From sequence record SRR31156797_3235: a stretch of DNA of 61,695 bases, one strand, 5' to 3'. Both the position numbers and the translations under genes were made by a program. Under the pieces are notes generated by a model that saw only the letters and a program-made list of their open reading frames with translations, did no database searches and had not been told where the DNA came from. Each line of letters starts with the position of its first letter. The first letter of the stretch is position 1. This document shows positions 29,337-38,242 of this stretch, piece by piece.

Positions 29337-29696
29337 GTGGTAGAAAATTACCCAAAGGGTTTCACCCTGATTGAGTTGATGATTGTTATCGCCATCATCG
29401 GTATTTTGGCGACCATCGCCATCCCCCAGTTTGATGCTTACCGAAAACGGGGGTATAACTCGAGTGCAATCTGGGATATTAAAAACGCCGCTGCCGCTCA
29501 GGAGGCATACTATGTTGATTACCGGGCGTACGCGAACAGAAGAAACCTTTTAGACGGTTTCGGCCTCAGTTCCACCCAGGGTGTCACCCTGACGGTTGCC
29601 GGCAACAATGACGCATACACCCTTGTTTCGTACCACCAAAATGGAGATAGAACCTATACGCTCCAAGGGCCGGGAGGCTCTTTAGAAAGCAATTAG
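29337..29696 (+). CDS. Type IVa pilin (paralog 1)
   Basis: [26 protein letters not shown] prepilin cleavage/methylation motif. GTG 29337 after GAAGGG is preferred because TTG 29274 lies inside the sigma-54 promoter. Confidence 0.9.
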   Translation: MVENYPKGFTLIELMIVIAIIGILATIAIPQFDAYRKRGYNSSAIWDIKNAAAAQEAYYVDYRAYANRRNLLDGFGLSSTQGVTLTVAGNNDAYTLVSYHQNGDRTYTLQGPGGSLESN

Positions 29697-29817
29697 TTTT
29701 GGCTTATTATTAAAAAAACAAATTCTGATGATTTATTATGAAGTATGAAAGGGGGTGGGTTTTAAGAGGGCATTTGGATGAAACAAAATTGATTAAAAGG
29801 CAGAAAGGAGAAAAGAC

Positions 29818-30186
29818 ATGTTGTCAAAAATTAATGCAAAAAAAGATCAAAAGGGTTTTACTCTCATTGAATTGATGATCGTTATCGCCATCATCGGTAT
29901 TCTGGCGGCCATTGCCATTCCGCAGTTCAGTTCCTACAGGAAAAGGGCTTACAACGGGGCGGCACAAACGGACGTTAAAAATGGTTACACCTCCGCTCAG
30001 GCCTATTTCGTTGACAATCCGACCGGAACTCCCACCATAGGAAATTTGAATTCCTACGGCCTTACAACATCGTCGGGTGTTACAGTGACGACCAGTGGTG
30101 ATGCTGATGCCATTGCCGTGGTGGGTTACCATGGAAAAGGGGACAAAACCTACACGGTTTCCGGAGGCGGTATGACGAATAATTAG
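29818..30186 (+). CDS. pilA: Type IVa major pilin (paralog 2)
   Basis: Strong RBS AAAGGAGA; leader [13 protein letters not shown] then [28 protein letters not shown]; followed by a strong terminator. Confidence 0.9.
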   Translation: MLSKINAKKDQKGFTLIELMIVIAIIGILAAIAIPQFSSYRKRAYNGAAQTDVKNGYTSAQAYFVDNPTGTPTIGNLNSYGLTTSSGVTVTTSGDADAIAVVGYHGKGDKTYTVSGGGMTNN

Positions 30187-32009
30187 TTAACATTTAACGG
30201 TTGGTTCCTTATGGGCGGGTCAGGGCTCGTTTGTGCCCCTGGCCCACCCTTTTTTTTGATCAAAGTCCCGAGCGCGGTCTTGATTTTTTTGTTCTTCGGA
30301 TCGTGTTTCAATGCATTTTTCAGGGAAATTTCCGCTGCATCCGTTTTTCCCTGAAGGAGATAAATAAAACCGATGTTTCCGTGCCCCCTCGGGTCTTCAG
30401 GGTTAAATGAAATGGCTTTTATGAAATCACTCTCGGCCTTTTCGTATTCTTCCAGCATGGCGTAACTTCTTCCGCGCAGGATATAGGCCGGGTAAAAATT
30501 TGGAAGAATGGTGACGCATCTGGTCAGGGCGTTGATCGCGCTCCGGTAGCTGCCGTTCTTAAAGTCCGACCTTCCGTCCATTTCATAATGGATTTTTGTT
30601 GCCTGCTGCCATCGGTCATGTTTATCAAGCGCCTCTTTAAACGTAAATTGAGTTGAAAGATAGAACACACCAAGAAATATGGCGCACATGCCGAAGCGTT
30701 TGAATTGATGTTTTTTTGCCATATTTTTCAATGCGCAGATCGCATATCCCGCAAAGAGGCAAAAATAGGGCACAGCAGGCGTGCGATATCTGGCATTGAC
30801 AAGGAAGATGGTGCAACTCAGCAGGTATACGCCGATGGCCCCATAAATTAGAAAAAGTCCTTTGAACTTTTTTAAAGAGAGTAATATCCCCAGAAACCCC
30901 AAAGAGATAATGATGCCATATCTAAGAAATGGGTGAGACAAGGATCTTTTGTATTCCTTGTGGGCGGAAGCAATATAGTGAACCTCATAGTCTGTAAAGA
31001 AGTGAACGAATTTTTTGAGTTCCCGGTTCAGATAGAGTTGTGGATTATCAAGAATATCTTTAAGCGTTATGTTGATCCAGAAACTGTTGGCCTGAGAAGG
31101 TGAGAGGGTTTCCCCGGCGATTTTTGAAGCTGTTTTCCGGAATACCACATGGGCGTAGTCCGGCTCGGAATTACTGTTCATATAAGGTGCGTTTTCAAAT
31201 AGATCTGCGCCGACGATGGCGGTTGCCGTTTTACTGTTGCCATGGAAGAAGACCTTGCCCGCATCCGCTGTTACCAGAACGAAATCGTGGAGCTTAAGGT
31301 AGTTTCTGAGTGTTACAGGGGCAATGGTGATGGCGGCTGCGCAGAGAAACAGCAGGGTATGCCATAGTTTTTTTTTGAATCCAAAAGTTGTTGTTCTGAA
31401 AAAGAGGATCCAGACTAGGGCAATCGGTAAAAACAACAGGAAATTTGGTTTTGTTATGATTCCCAGGCCTGTGAAAATGCCCGCTGCAAAAATGATTGAA
31501 ATGTCTTTACTTTGAGAGTTTGATTCGGTTTTGGAAAGGTTCAGAAAATAAACGGAGAGAAGGTTAAAGAACAATACGAAAACAGTGGGTTCAAGTGTTG
31601 TCTCTAAAATGATCAGGTTCCCGTAAAAGGCAAACATCAGGGCCGCTATAAAGGCGGCACCCTTTTGAAAAAGCCTGTTTCCGATAACGAACACCAAAAG
31701 GGTATTGAGTGCCCCAATAAAAACTTGGAAACACTTAATGAAGGCCCAGCTTACGCCAAAAAGCTTGTTTAAAAGTGTCAGGAAATAGAGATAGAAAGGG
31801 CTCAGGTCAACCAGTCTTTCACCAATGTCAATCCCCGCGGCGATTTTTTCGGCAAAAAAAGGGTATTTGAAAAAAAGAATCGGTTCATCAATAGAGATGA
31901 GGAAAAAAATGCGGATGCAAACGGCGACCAAAAAGAGAACGATGTGCAGGGTATAATCCTGTTGGGCTCCTTCCGGTTGAGAAAATAAGTTTTTCACGGG
32001 TATTTGCAC
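30183..32009 (-). CDS. GT-C (PMT_2/GT39-like) membrane glycosyltransferase with C-terminal TPRs
   Basis: GTG start after GAGG; about 11 [26 protein letters not shown] motifs; TPRs (AYILRGRSY...[13 protein letters not shown]). Confidence 0.8.
   Translation of the reverse strand: MQIPVKNLFSQPEGAQQDYTLHIVLFLVAVCIRIFFLISIDEPILFFKYPFFAEKIAAGIDIGERLVDLSPFYLYFLTLLNKLFGVSWAFIKCFQVFIGALNTLLVFVIGNRLFQKGAAFIAALMFAFYGNLIILETTLEPTVFVLFFNLLSVYFLNLSKTESNSQSKDISIIFAAGIFTGLGIITKPNFLLFLPIALVWILFFRTTTFGFKKKLWHTLLFLCAAAITIAPVTLRNYLKLHDFVLVTADAGKVFFHGNSKTATAIVGADLFENAPYMNSNSEPDYAHVVFRKTASKIAGETLSPSQANSFWINITLKDILDNPQLYLNRELKKFVHFFTDYEVHYIASAHKEYKRSLSHPFLRYGIIISLGFLGILLSLKKFKGLFLIYGAIGVYLLSCTIFLVNARYRTPAVPYFCLFAGYAICALKNMAKKHQFKRFGMCAIFLGVFYLSTQFTFKEALDKHDRWQQATKIHYEMDGRSDFKNGSYRSAINALTRCVTILPNFYPAYILRGRSYAMLEEYEKAESDFIKAISFNPEDPRGHGNIGFIYLLQGKTDAAEISLKNALKHDPKNKKIKTALGTLIKKKGGPGAQTSPDPPIRNQPLNVN
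30213..30257 (+). terminator. Rho-independent terminator of the pilin transcript
   Basis: GGGCGGGTCAGGG ... CCCTGGCCCACCC stem followed by T8. Confidence 0.85.
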
Positions 32010-32042
32010 GCCTCTTTCAAATTCTAAAAATATTCTTCTATC

Positions 32043-34232
32043 TTATTTTAATGATGTTTTTGCAGGGAGGGATTGAAGACAGTCCTCAGCCAGGGTGCCG
32101 TACTCCCGGGACCTTTTTTGACAGGCGGCGCTCAGGAAACAAAGAAGTTCTTGCCGGTGTGCGCTGAATGCACTTTCCGATTCAGAGATGGTGCTCATGC
32201 TACCAATGAATTTCTTGAGGCGCACTGTGCTCCCATCAAAAAACAGAAAGAACTGATCCATGAAGGCTTCTTTTTTGGCGTCCATCCCTTTTTCACCATA
32301 TAGTTGTGCAATCTCCAGCAGCGTAAATGGGTCGTTCGGGTTGATTTCAATGGCGGTCTTGAATATAAATAAGGCATTCGCCGGTTGATTGTTGAGCCTG
32401 TGGGCAAGCCCTAACCGTCTCATTATATCGAGATTTTGAGGGGAGATTTCGAAGGCCGATTTGAGATACTCGATTGCCATATCGGTCTGTCCTCTTCGGA
32501 GTGATAGATGCCCCAGGTTCGTCAGGGTGGTTGGGCGGTGTTTTTTGTCGGTCAGTGCTTTGTGAAATTCTGCCAAAGCCTTTTCGTAAAGCCCTTTTTT
32601 TGCAAATAACTGGCCTTTTTTAATATGGGTCGGCGCGAAAGAAGGTTGGTATTTTTGTGCCTGTTCATAATAGAACATGGCTTCTTCGTCCTTTCCCAAT
32701 TCCTGGTATATGGACCCAAGATTATAATAAGTCCAGTTCTTTCCCGCCAGATTGTTCATGTTTTCCTTGGATAGCGAGATGAGGTATTCATTGATGGCGT
32801 TTTGATACAGGCTTTTTCGTGCGTAAAAGCGGCCAAGATTGTGGTGGGGCCGGGCAAGGTCGGGATATTTTTCAATGCAGTCAAATGATAGAATCCCATC
32901 ATTATTCCAGATTCTGTTCCGTGCGTATGTACTGTGACCCCAGCCTATGAGGATCAGAATCATGAATGTGACAAAGATCACCTGGAGTCCCCGTTTTTTG
33001 GAAAAAAATCGGATGCCATTTGACAGAAGAATAGACAGCGGAACAAAAAAGAGCATGGAGGGGAGATAGTTTCTATGCTCGAAGATAAGCTCAAGTGGGA
33101 AAATTGAAGATTCAATCAGATGGTTCATAAAGAAAAACAAAACGCAAAACGAGATGAGCGGCCTTTTCCCGGCGCATAAGAAGGCCAGGCACAGAATGAG
33201 GGCGATGGTGAGTATTGAAACAAGGGTGGAAACGGGGGTCAGAAATCCGGTGGAGAGCGCCATGCCGTGCTCAAGGCAGAGGCGATCCGGCATGGGATAT
33301 AATAAGAGGGAGATATAAAACAAGATGACACGCGGCTCTGTCAACAATCTTTCCCACAAGGTAAAGCCCCTGTTTTGATAACCGGAGATGAGGCTTTTTG
33401 GATTGAAAATTGACGGGCCCGCAAGGAGCAGGGCGAGAACGAGGCATGCAAGGACGGTCATCAAGAGGAAAAAGGAATATCTTTTTAAATTCTTTTTTGT
33501 TACCCCTTGTAATAGGAAGAGATCGTAAGTGAGGATCACCATGGGGAGCATAACCGCATTTTCCTTTGACCCCAGGGCCAGGATGCCACAACCCATGCAA
33601 AGCAAATAGTGTGTGCCGCGCAAAAGCTTTGGGGCTGATGTTCTCCCTTTGAGGTAAAAGTATATTGCCATAATGCAGAAAAGTCCGGCCATGGAGCTCA
33701 TTCGCTGAACCACATAGGTGACCGCCTGGGTTTGTACCGGATTGATAGCCCATAGTACTGCGGAGATAAGTGCGATAAAGTAAGCATTTGGCCCATATCT
33801 TGCTTTCAAAATTGGGAGATTCAGCGTGTGATAAAGAAAAAGAAAGAGAAAGATGGATGATAGAAAATGAATGATGAGGTTGATCAGGTGGTAGCCATAG
33901 ACCTCGGTTCCGCCAAAATAGTAATTGAGGGCAAAGCTGAGGCATGCAACAGGTCTGTACAGTTTTCCGCTTCCGTTCCAGTCCGCAAAAAAGGTCTTTT
34001 TGATGTTTTGAATATTTAATTGGGCCAGGTGAAGCGGTTTATTATTGAGGATGTTGTTTTCGTCGTCAAAATGCCATGAGGCGTCAAAAGTATTGGAATA
34101 GGTGATCAGTAAGAGGAGAAACAGTGAAACAACGGCGAAAATATTTCTCCTGCATTGGGTCAATGATGTTTCATTTGTCATATTCAAAAGGGCCATGGAC
34201 ATAATTTGGGTAAACGCTTTAAAGAATCTCAT
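32043..34232 (-). CDS. TMTC-like (GT105/DUF1736-type) protein O-glycosyltransferase with TPR array (start may be 34181)
   Basis: FDDENNILNN, LYRPV, YHLINLIIH, INPVQTQAVTYVVQR, SKENA, FEHRNYLPS, RNRIW, then multiple TPRs (HHNLG, YYNLG, LTNLG). Confidence 0.82.
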   Translation of the reverse strand: MRFFKAFTQIMSMALLNMTNETSLTQCRRNIFAVVSLFLLLLITYSNTFDASWHFDDENNILNNKPLHLAQLNIQNIKKTFFADWNGSGKLYRPVACLSFALNYYFGGTEVYGYHLINLIIHFLSSIFLFLFLYHTLNLPILKARYGPNAYFIALISAVLWAINPVQTQAVTYVVQRMSSMAGLFCIMAIYFYLKGRTSAPKLLRGTHYLLCMGCGILALGSKENAVMLPMVILTYDLFLLQGVTKKNLKRYSFFLLMTVLACLVLALLLAGPSIFNPKSLISGYQNRGFTLWERLLTEPRVILFYISLLLYPMPDRLCLEHGMALSTGFLTPVSTLVSILTIALILCLAFLCAGKRPLISFCVLFFFMNHLIESSIFPLELIFEHRNYLPSMLFFVPLSILLSNGIRFFSKKRGLQVIFVTFMILILIGWGHSTYARNRIWNNDGILSFDCIEKYPDLARPHHNLGRFYARKSLYQNAINEYLISLSKENMNNLAGKNWTYYNLGSIYQELGKDEEAMFYYEQAQKYQPSFAPTHIKKGQLFAKKGLYEKALAEFHKALTDKKHRPTTLTNLGHLSLRRGQTDMAIEYLKSAFEISPQNLDIMRRLGLAHRLNNQPANALFIFKTAIEINPNDPFTLLEIAQLYGEKGMDAKKEAFMDQFFLFFDGSTVRLKKFIGSMSTISESESAFSAHRQELLCFLSAACQKRSREYGTLAEDCLQSLPAKTSLK

Positions 34233-34398
34233 ACGTTATAAGGCCTTCATGGTCAAGTTTCATTAAATGGGAATCGCTTGATTGTCATTACCATGATTCT
34301 TTCCACGATGATAAGCTACCGGGTCGCCAACGCGGCGGTCATTATGTTTTCAACCATGTATGGACTTTTCGGCCAACAGGGAGAAAGGGTGATATCCG

Positions 34399-35349
34399 TT
34401 GAACTTTGACATCGTCGTTCCCATTTACAATGAAGCGGAAAACCTGCCCAAACTTCACTCCAGGCTCATAACTGCTTGTGAAAAACTGGAAGATATGGCG
34501 TGGCGGGTGATTTATGTCAATGATGGCAGTTCCGACAGGTCTCTTGAAATTATGCTTCGGCAGCGGGAGGCCGATTCAAGGTTTTCCATTGTGGAACTTT
34601 CACGCAATTTTGGCCATCAGGCCGCCATTACCGCCGGCTTATCCTATGCCGACGGCGACGCGGTAATCTTGATGGATGGAGACCTGCAGGATCCCCCGGA
34701 ACTGATCCCGGAATTAATTTCCCGATGGAAGGGCGGGGCGAAAGTGGTCAGGGCCCATCGTCGCAGCCGAAAAGAGAAAGGGCTGCGAAGGATCGGCTTC
34801 GACATGTTCCATAAATTGTTTGCCTGGATTACGGACTTTCCGGTTCCTCCCAACGCGGGCATTTTCGGACTCCTTGACCGACAGGCCGCGGAGGAATTGA
34901 AACGGCTGCCCGAACAGAATCGCTTTTTCCCAGGTCTCAGGAGTTGGGTCGGATTAAACCAGGAATTGATCTATTACCATCGGGACGACCGTGCGGGTGG
35001 TGAACCCAAACAGTCTTTGAAAAGACTGATCCGTTATGCCCTTGACGCGATTTTCAGCTTTTCCTACAAGCCCTTGAGGGTCATGACCGGCACGGGGGTC
35101 GTCATCAGTGCCATCGGTTTTCTGTTGGCCTGTTTTTTTATTGCAAGGCGGCTGCTCGGCATTGAAATTGCGCAAACGGGTTTTACCACCCTGGTCACAC
35201 TGATGCTCTTTTTAGGCGGCATTCAGCTCATGGCAATCGGTCTGTTGGGAGAATATCTGGCGCGAATCTATGATGAAGTGAAGCGAAGACCGCTTTTTAT
35301 CATCAAGAACACCCATGGCTTCCACAAAACCGGCAGTGAAAAGAGTTGA
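34399..35349 (+). CDS. GtrB/ArnC-like polyprenyl-phosphate glycosyltransferase (GT2 plus 2 TM)
   Basis: VPIYNE, VNDGSSD, LSRNFGHQAAITAGL, MDGDLQDPP, NRFFPGL, GLLGEYLARIYDEVKRRP. Confidence 0.9.
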   Translation: MNFDIVVPIYNEAENLPKLHSRLITACEKLEDMAWRVIYVNDGSSDRSLEIMLRQREADSRFSIVELSRNFGHQAAITAGLSYADGDAVILMDGDLQDPPELIPELISRWKGGAKVVRAHRRSRKEKGLRRIGFDMFHKLFAWITDFPVPPNAGIFGLLDRQAAEELKRLPEQNRFFPGLRSWVGLNQELIYYHRDDRAGGEPKQSLKRLIRYALDAIFSFSYKPLRVMTGTGVVISAIGFLLACFFIARRLLGIEIAQTGFTTLVTLMLFLGGIQLMAIGLLGEYLARIYDEVKRRPLFIIKNTHGFHKTGSEKS

Positions 35350-35353
35350 GCCC

Positions 35354-37399
35354 ATGAATGCCCGCGCCATGGAAAAATGCCTTCCCCTGTTGCTTCCCGC
35401 AGCCGTGTTCGGCGTCTACCTTTGCACCATGGCCCCCGTTGTATACGTGGGCGACAGCGGCGAATTCACGGCGGCCGCTTTCTCTCTGGGCATTCCCCAC
35501 AACAGCGGTTACCCCCTCTACTCCCTGATAGGGAAAATCTTCTGCATGATCCCCTTGGGCAACGTGGGGTTCAGAATGAACCTGATGTCGGCCTTCTTTG
35601 CAGCCCTTGCCGTCTTTCTGGTTTACGACGTCATCCGCCGGTTCACCCGTAATGCCCTGTGCGCCGTGACGGCCGCCGGGTTTCTGGCCTTTACCCCCCT
35701 TTTCTGGTCCCAGACCGTGTCCGCGGAAGTGTATCCGCTTCACATGTTTTTTTTGGCGCTCATGATCCGATTGCTGTGGCAGTGGGATCAAACAAAGGCT
35801 TTTCGCCGTCTTTTGATATTCGTTTTTGTTACGGGGCTCAGCTTCGGAAATCATATGCAGACGGTCATGTTGGCGCCGCCGGTTCTGTACTTCATTATTT
35901 CGGGGGATAAGAGGGCCATTTTCACTCTGAAGCATTTTGTGGCCATATCGGTCTTTTTCATACTTCCGCTTACCCTTTACCTCTATCTGCCCATGCGAAC
36001 GGAGGCGGGCGCCGCCATCCACTGGGGGGACCCGGACAATCTTGAACGTTTCCTGGCCCACGTCACCGCAACGGCTCACAGGGGCGCATACGTGTTCAGC
36101 GCCGGACCCTCGCAATACCTCTCCAGGCTTGCGGAGGCATTGAAAGTCCTGGGCCTTCAATACGGCATATTGACGCTGTTGTCCATATGGGGGTGGATAA
36201 GGATCACGTCCCTTCGCTGGAAAATATTTTTCGCGGGGGTTATCCTGTTCGATCTGTTTTACACGGTGTTTTTAAATATCATTTCCCTCGAAATTACGCC
36301 CTTTACCCTTCCATCTTCAATGGTATCGGCGATCCTCCTGGGCATGGGTTTGAACGACTTCCTGGGCTGGACCCGTCGCCGGAAAAAAATCGGGCCCAGC
36401 ATGAAAAAAGGCATTGTCGCGGCCTTTTGCATCATTCCCATTTTTGCTTTGGTCGTCCATTACGCCCTTTGCGACCAGAGCCGCAACTACACCGCCTATG
36501 ACCACGCCGTCAACATCTTCAGGACGGCGGAACATGGCGGCGCCATCTTTCTGGATGGGGACAACAACCTGTTTCCCGTGGCCTATGGACGGATCGTGGA
36601 GGGGATGGGAGAGGGGACGGCATTGTACGACCGGCACAATATCATCTTCAAATGGTCCCCGGAAGAGCATCGCTCCGATTTTGAGGGGACAGGCGAGGAT
36701 GCCAAATCGATCATGCGCCGGCATATTACCCGCGAAGGGGAAAAGGGAAGCGTCTATTTTGCCGTGTTCAACCCCTATGCGCTTCCAATTCCCATGGGTT
36801 TGCATCTAGTTCCATACGGGATCCTCCGGAAGCTGGTTCCGGATCAAGTCCCGGCTGGAACGGACCATGCCGCCGATGTCTGGGACCATTATTACACAAA
36901 GAGCTTCCATGATGATTTTGAGAGGGATTATATGTCCCGAGAGGTCTGTTCCTTCTTTTTTTTCAGAAAGGGCGAGAACCTGTGGCAGTCGGGACGTACC
37001 ACCGAAAGCCTGGAGCAATTAAGAATCGCCTCCCTGGTCGGCTACAATGATACGGCCATCCATTCGGAGATCGGGCTTTTTCTTACGGACAGAGGTTTTT
37101 TCCATGCGGCAAAAGCCGAGTTTGAAAAAGCGCTCCTTTACCATGATGATTTGAGCGGAATCCACAACAACTGGGGCTATTATTACCACAAAACAGGAGA
37201 TTATCAAAAGGCAGCGGCCTCTTTTAAAAAAGCAATCGCGTTGAGTCCGCACAACTATACTTATCACAATAATCTGGGGCTGATTTCCCATGAAGCCGGG
37301 AATAAAGAAGAAGCCCGGCTAAGCTTCAATAGATCACTTTCAATCAATAATGATCAGCCAAAGATAAAGGCGTACATGGAAACCCATGGGCTCCGGTAA
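35354..37399 (+). CDS. DUF2723/TMEM260-like protein O-glycosyltransferase with C-terminal TPRs
   Basis: GDSGEFTAAAFSLGIPHNSGYPLY, FRMNLMSA, FWSQTVSAEVY, GNH, YLYLPMR, WGDP, GDNNLFP; TPRs (HNNWG, HNNLG). Confidence 0.85.
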   Translation: MNARAMEKCLPLLLPAAVFGVYLCTMAPVVYVGDSGEFTAAAFSLGIPHNSGYPLYSLIGKIFCMIPLGNVGFRMNLMSAFFAALAVFLVYDVIRRFTRNALCAVTAAGFLAFTPLFWSQTVSAEVYPLHMFFLALMIRLLWQWDQTKAFRRLLIFVFVTGLSFGNHMQTVMLAPPVLYFIISGDKRAIFTLKHFVAISVFFILPLTLYLYLPMRTEAGAAIHWGDPDNLERFLAHVTATAHRGAYVFSAGPSQYLSRLAEALKVLGLQYGILTLLSIWGWIRITSLRWKIFFAGVILFDLFYTVFLNIISLEITPFTLPSSMVSAILLGMGLNDFLGWTRRRKKIGPSMKKGIVAAFCIIPIFALVVHYALCDQSRNYTAYDHAVNIFRTAEHGGAIFLDGDNNLFPVAYGRIVEGMGEGTALYDRHNIIFKWSPEEHRSDFEGTGEDAKSIMRRHITREGEKGSVYFAVFNPYALPIPMGLHLVPYGILRKLVPDQVPAGTDHAADVWDHYYTKSFHDDFERDYMSREVCSFFFFRKGENLWQSGRTTESLEQLRIASLVGYNDTAIHSEIGLFLTDRGFFHAAKAEFEKALLYHDDLSGIHNNWGYYYHKTGDYQKAAASFKKAIALSPHNYTYHNNLGLISHEAGNKEEARLSFNRSLSINNDQPKIKAYMETHGLR

Positions 37400-37477
37400 C
37401 CGGATGAAATAATAAAAAAAGCAACCATTGCAAATGGTAAATTCCGAATGCGGGGAACGCTTTGGAGAGACAAGCCG

Positions 37478-38230
37478 ATGGAAGCGTATGAATATAAAAT
37501 AATGTACCATATGGAAACCACCTATTGGTGGTTCAGGGGAAAACAATTCCTCATTGAGATGCTCTTGAACAGATATTTGGATGATGAGGGACCCAACAGA
37601 ATCCTGGATATCGGCGCCGGGGCCGGCGCCACCCTGGAACTGCTTGGAAAATACGGAGTTGCCTACGGCGCTGAATTTTCCACAGTGGCCATCCGTATGT
37701 TGAAACAAAGAGGCCTCAATTCCGTGGTCCGAACAGACGCAGAGGAGTCCATCCCATTCAAGAATGACGCATTTTCCGCCGTCACATGCCTCGATGTCCT
37801 GGAACACCTTGAAAATGATTGGGGCCTCTTAAGGGAAATGGTCAGGGTCTGCAAACCGGGGGGAATCATACTGGTCACGGTTCCGGCGATGCCGTTCTTG
37901 TGGAGCGGACACGACGAGGCTTTGCATCACAAACGGCGATACACAAAGCATCAATTGCTGAATCGAATCGCCTCTCTCAATTGCACCGTGGCCAAGTCCA
38001 CCTATTACAATGCCCTTCTCTTTCTACCCATTGCCGCGGTCAGGACGTTCAAATCTTTCATGGCCGCGGAAGGGGAAAGAGCGGAATCCGATTTTTTTCT
38101 GCCGCTGCCCGGATGGCTGAACAGCGCGCTCTATGCTTTGTTTGCCGCTGAACTGAAATGTTTGGGAATCTTGGACATCCCCTTCGGCCTCTCTATTTTA
38201 ACGGTAATTCAGAAACCTTTAACCCTTTGA
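37478..38230 (+). CDS. Class I SAM-dependent methyltransferase
   Basis: ILDIGAGAG, LDVLEH, KPGG, VPA...WSGHD..LHHKRRY; RBS GGAGAG before ATG 37478. Confidence 0.88.
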   Translation: MEAYEYKIMYHMETTYWWFRGKQFLIEMLLNRYLDDEGPNRILDIGAGAGATLELLGKYGVAYGAEFSTVAIRMLKQRGLNSVVRTDAEESIPFKNDAFSAVTCLDVLEHLENDWGLLREMVRVCKPGGIILVTVPAMPFLWSGHDEALHHKRRYTKHQLLNRIASLNCTVAKSTYYNALLFLPIAAVRTFKSFMAAEGERAESDFFLPLPGWLNSALYALFAAELKCLGILDIPFGLSILTVIQKPLTL

Positions 38231-38242
38231 CCGCCGGCAAAT

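Noticed and set aside
29738-29817. Geobacter-style long isoform of pilin 2 from the upstream SD-like GAAAGGGGGTG
   Set aside because: An in-frame TAA at 29794-29796 blocks any extension.
33271-33945. 224-aa alternative-frame ORF inside the TMTC-like gene; likewise long antisense ORFs at 22644-23390, 35303-36160, 39749-40525 and 54999-55823
   Set aside because: Shadow ORFs of well-supported genes with no recognisable motifs.
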